From the NCBI GenBank assembly GCA_963800865.1, contig CAWDCL010000004.1, forward strand, positions 791,013-855,012: DNA of 64,000 nucleotides, read 5' to 3'. The notes beneath the pieces are model-generated. The model was not told the origin of the DNA. It did not search any database and saw only the letters and a program-made list of their open reading frames with translations. The position numbers and the translations under genes were made by a program. Source of the DNA: an uncultured Acidobacteriota bacterium. Its GTDB lineage: Bacteria > Acidobacteriota > Polarisedimenticolia > J045. Positions 62,048 through 64,000 of the stretch are shown one piece after another; positions within the stretch are counted from its first letter, which is position 1; each line of letters opens with the position of its first letter.

Positions 62048-63000
62048 GCGCGCCGGACACGCTCGTCGTCGTCAACCGGAACGCCGGCACGGCGGCGCGC
62101 CGGCGGGCGCTCCGCGCGGCGCTGGAGGCGTGCGCGGCGGAGGCCGCGGGGGCGGGAGGGAACGCTCCCGGTCGCGCCGGCTTCGCGGTGCGGGAGACCG
62201 CGACCTACGACGGAGGGCTCGCGGCCGCCCGCGAGGCGGCGCGCGACGGAGTCCGCCGCGTGGTGGCGGTCGGCGGCGACGGGACGCTGCAGGCCGTCGC
62301 GGCCGGGCTCGTCGCCGGCCAGCCCGACCCGGCGGCGCGCCCGCTGCTGGGACTCGTACCCGCCGGGAGGGGCAACGACCTCGCGCGCGCGCTCGACCTG
62401 CCGTTCGAGCCGCGCGCCGCGCTGGCCCTGGCCCTTACCGGGGAGCGGACGCTCGCGCTCGACCTCGGCCGCCTCGTCGCCGACGGGCGCGAGGTGATCT
62501 TCGTCAACGCCGCGGGGCTCGGGTTCGACGGCGACGTAGCGGTGCGGGCCCGGCGCCTGCCGCTGCACGGGTTCCCGGCCTACGCCCTCGCCGCGCTCGG
62601 CTCGATGGCGGCCCGCCCCGGGCCGTGGGAGATGGACGCCTCGATCGACGGCCGGTCCTCCCGCGGCGCGGTGATCCTCTTCACGGTGGCCAACGGCAGC
62701 ACCACCGGCGGCGGCTTCGTGATGGCCGCCGCGGCCCGGCCGGACGACGGGCTGCTCGACTACGCCCGGGTCGGACCGTCGAGCCGGGCCGAGGTGCTGC
62801 GCTTCCTCTGGCGGGCGTCCCGCGCCGGGCTGGGCGAGGAGCCCCGCTTCGAGTTCGGCCGTTTCCGGCGGCTTACGGCGAGTTTCACGCCCGGGATCCC
62901 GATTCACGCCGACGGCGAGATCGTGGCGACCGGAGCCGGCGAGGTGACGATCGATCTCCTGCCGGCGGCCCTGCGCGCGATCGTCCCCGGGCCGGAGTAA
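62044..63000 (+). CDS. Diacylglycerol-kinase-family lipid kinase (YegS/DagK-like)
   Basis: The GTG start overlaps the previous stop. VVAVGGDGTLQAVAAGL is the GGDGT motif, and PAGRGNDLARAL follows. Confidence 0.7.
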   Translation: MSAPDTLVVVNRNAGTAARRRALRAALEACAAEAAGAGGNAPGRAGFAVRETATYDGGLAAAREAARDGVRRVVAVGGDGTLQAVAAGLVAGQPDPAARPLLGLVPAGRGNDLARALDLPFEPRAALALALTGERTLALDLGRLVADGREVIFVNAAGLGFDGDVAVRARRLPLHGFPAYALAALGSMAARPGPWEMDASIDGRSSRGAVILFTVANGSTTGGGFVMAAAARPDDGLLDYARVGPSSRAEVLRFLWRASRAGLGEEPRFEFGRFRRLTASFTPGIPIHADGEIVATGAGEVTIDLLPAALRAIVPGPE

Positions 63001-63024
63001 ACTCCCGGGTCCTCCGGAGGCCCG

Positions 63025-64000
63025 ATGACCGCCGATCCCGCCGCGACGCGCGCCCTGCCGGCCCCGCCGCCGGCCTACCGCTGGGCCGTGCTGGTCGTGC
63101 TCAGCCTCGCGATGTTCGGGAACTACTACGTCTACGACTCGATCAGCCCGCTGGCCGACGTGCTCGTCAAGCAGCTGCAACTTCACCGACGACAACATCG
63201 GCCTGCTCAACGCGATCTACAGCTTCCCGAACATCATCATGGTGCTGATCGGCGGGATGATCATCGACCGCATCGGCGTCAAGAAGTCGACCTTCCTGTT
63301 CTCGATGCTCTGCGCGCTCGGGGCGGTCCTCACCGCGCTCACGCCCACCCTGCCGATGATGGCGGCGGGCCGCCTGCTGTTCGGGCTCGGCGCCGAATCG
63401 CTGATCGTCGCGATCACCACCGCGCTGGCCCAGTGGTTCCGCGGCAAGGAGCTCTCCTTCGCTTTCGGCATCAACCTGACGATCGCGCGCCTCGGCTCGT
63501 TCGCCGCGCTCAACTCGCCGACCTGGGCGCACGACGCCTACCAGGGCTGGCAGGGGCCGCTGCTGATCGCGACCGTCTTCGGCTTCGTGTCGCTGATCGC
63601 GGGGGCGGTCTACTGGATCATGGAATCGGGCGCGGTGAAGCGCTACGACATGGCCGCCGCCGGCTCGTCCGACAAGGTCGTGTTCGGCGACATCCGCGCC
63701 TTCGGCCGCTCCTACTGGTTCGTGGTCGCGCTGTGCGTGACCTTCTACTCCGGGATCTTCCCGTTCCAGACCTTCGCCGTGAAGTTCTTCCAGGACGCGC
63801 ACGGCGTGTCGCGCGAGGAAGCCGGCTTCCTGTCGTCGATGCTGACGCTGTTCGCCATGATCTGCACGCCGCTGTTCGGGCTGCTCGTCGATCGCGTCGG
63901 CAGGCGGACGCAGTTCATGATGGCCGGCTCGCTGCTGCTGGTGCCGGTCTACCTGATCATGGCCTACAGCAGCATCTCCCTCTACGTGCCGATGGCGATC
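63025..64000 (+). CDS. MFS transporter, 3'-partial (runs off the window end), with a +1 frameshift near 63175-63181
   Basis: N-terminus AVLVVLSLAMFGNYYVYDSISPLADVLVKQL in frame 1. NFTDDNIGLLNAIYSFPNIIMVLIGGMIIDRIGVKKS...GRLLFGLGAES continues in frame 2 through 64000. Confidence 0.7.
   Translation, partial: MTADPAATRALPAPPPAYRWAVLVVLSLAMFGNYYVYDSISPLADVLVKQLQLHRRQHRPAQRDLQLPEHHHGADRRDDHRPHRRQEVDLPVLDALRARGGPHRAHAHPADDGGGPPAVRARRRIADRRDHHRAGPVVPRQGALLRFRHQPDDRAPRLVRRAQLADLGARRLPGLAGAAADRDRLRLRVADRGGGLLDHGIGRGEALRHGRRRLVRQGRVRRHPRLRPLLLVRGRAVRDLLLRDLPVPDLRREVLPGRARRVARGSRLPVVDADAVRHDLHAAVRAARRSRRQADAVHDGRLAAAGAGLPDHGLQQHLPLRADGD

Overview
This is a high-GC (~70%) Gram-negative chromosomal window. 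It looks like core and accessory chromosome rather than a mobile element (possibly Acidobacteriota or Myxococcota; that is a guess from composition and gene content only). It is densely coding, with about 65 genes that I can support. Working from one end to the other, the contents are as follows.

- **1-3.7 kb:** a tsaC-like gene, an MBL-fold hydrolase, nth and wecB.
- **3.8-6.3 kb:** two tandem paralogous outer-membrane beta-barrel genes with their own promoter and terminators, then two small genes (a zinc-ribbon protein and a membrane protein).
- **7.2-10.2 kb:** a ~1000-aa secreted glycoside-hydrolase-like protein with a thrombospondin type-3 calcium-binding repeat.
- **10.3-12.5 kb:** a ferredoxin/dGTPase pair and a RibD-C reductase.
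- **12.6-19.3 kb:** several secreted or lipoproteins, including a double L,D-transpeptidase and a PAN-domain protein with three internal repeats; also an MDR dehydrogenase and HMG-CoA lyase.
- **Toxin-antitoxin loci:** three in total. These are brnTA with a degraded toxin, a hicA remnant next to hicB, and an intact vapBC inserted between metH and a metF-like gene.
- **21.8-28.6 kb:** an M14 carboxypeptidase with a P-domain, a membrane-anchored alpha/beta hydrolase, a TerB-like protein, and recQ.
- **28.7-35.5 kb:** a sugar ABC transporter operon fused or co-transcribed with a GH38 alpha-mannosidase carrying a ~270-aa N-terminal extension.
- **35.6-39.6 kb:** a histidine/aromatic ammonia-lyase homologue whose MIO tripeptide reads Ala-Cys-Gly, a probably inactive transglutaminase-like protein, a DUF3524 glycosyltransferase, and a Kazal-like mini-protein.
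- **40.2-43.8 kb:** B12-dependent methionine synthase (metH).
- **44.6-47.7 kb:** a metF-like reductase, a CnoX/YbbN-like thioredoxin-TPR protein, a Trx-like [2Fe-2S] ferredoxin, and an NRDE-family protein.
- **48-52 kb:** a ZnuABC/TroABC-type metal uptake operon with an adjacent His-tailed outer-membrane barrel and an HHH/CxxC mini-protein.
- **52-56 kb:** a sterol-desaturase-family hydroxylase, a Zn-dependent alcohol dehydrogenase, a secreted hypothetical, and NAD-type isocitrate dehydrogenase.
- **56-64 kb:** a five-heme c-type cytochrome with a Tat-exported DUF362 partner, a transketolase-like protein, a DAG-kinase-family lipid kinase, and a partial MFS transporter.

Non-coding structure includes a 30-bp tandem repeat at the window edge and a family of GC-rich palindromic REP-like intergenic elements at three loci. 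There is also a 31-bp perfect inverted repeat terminator that swallows both stop codons of a convergent gene pair.

A striking global property is the number of single-base frame disruptions. I count at least 15 in otherwise well-conserved genes, and most are +1. They may be consensus/assembly indels rather than real pseudogenes, and they must be resolved before any gene here is called truncated. No rRNA, tRNA or CRISPR array was found.
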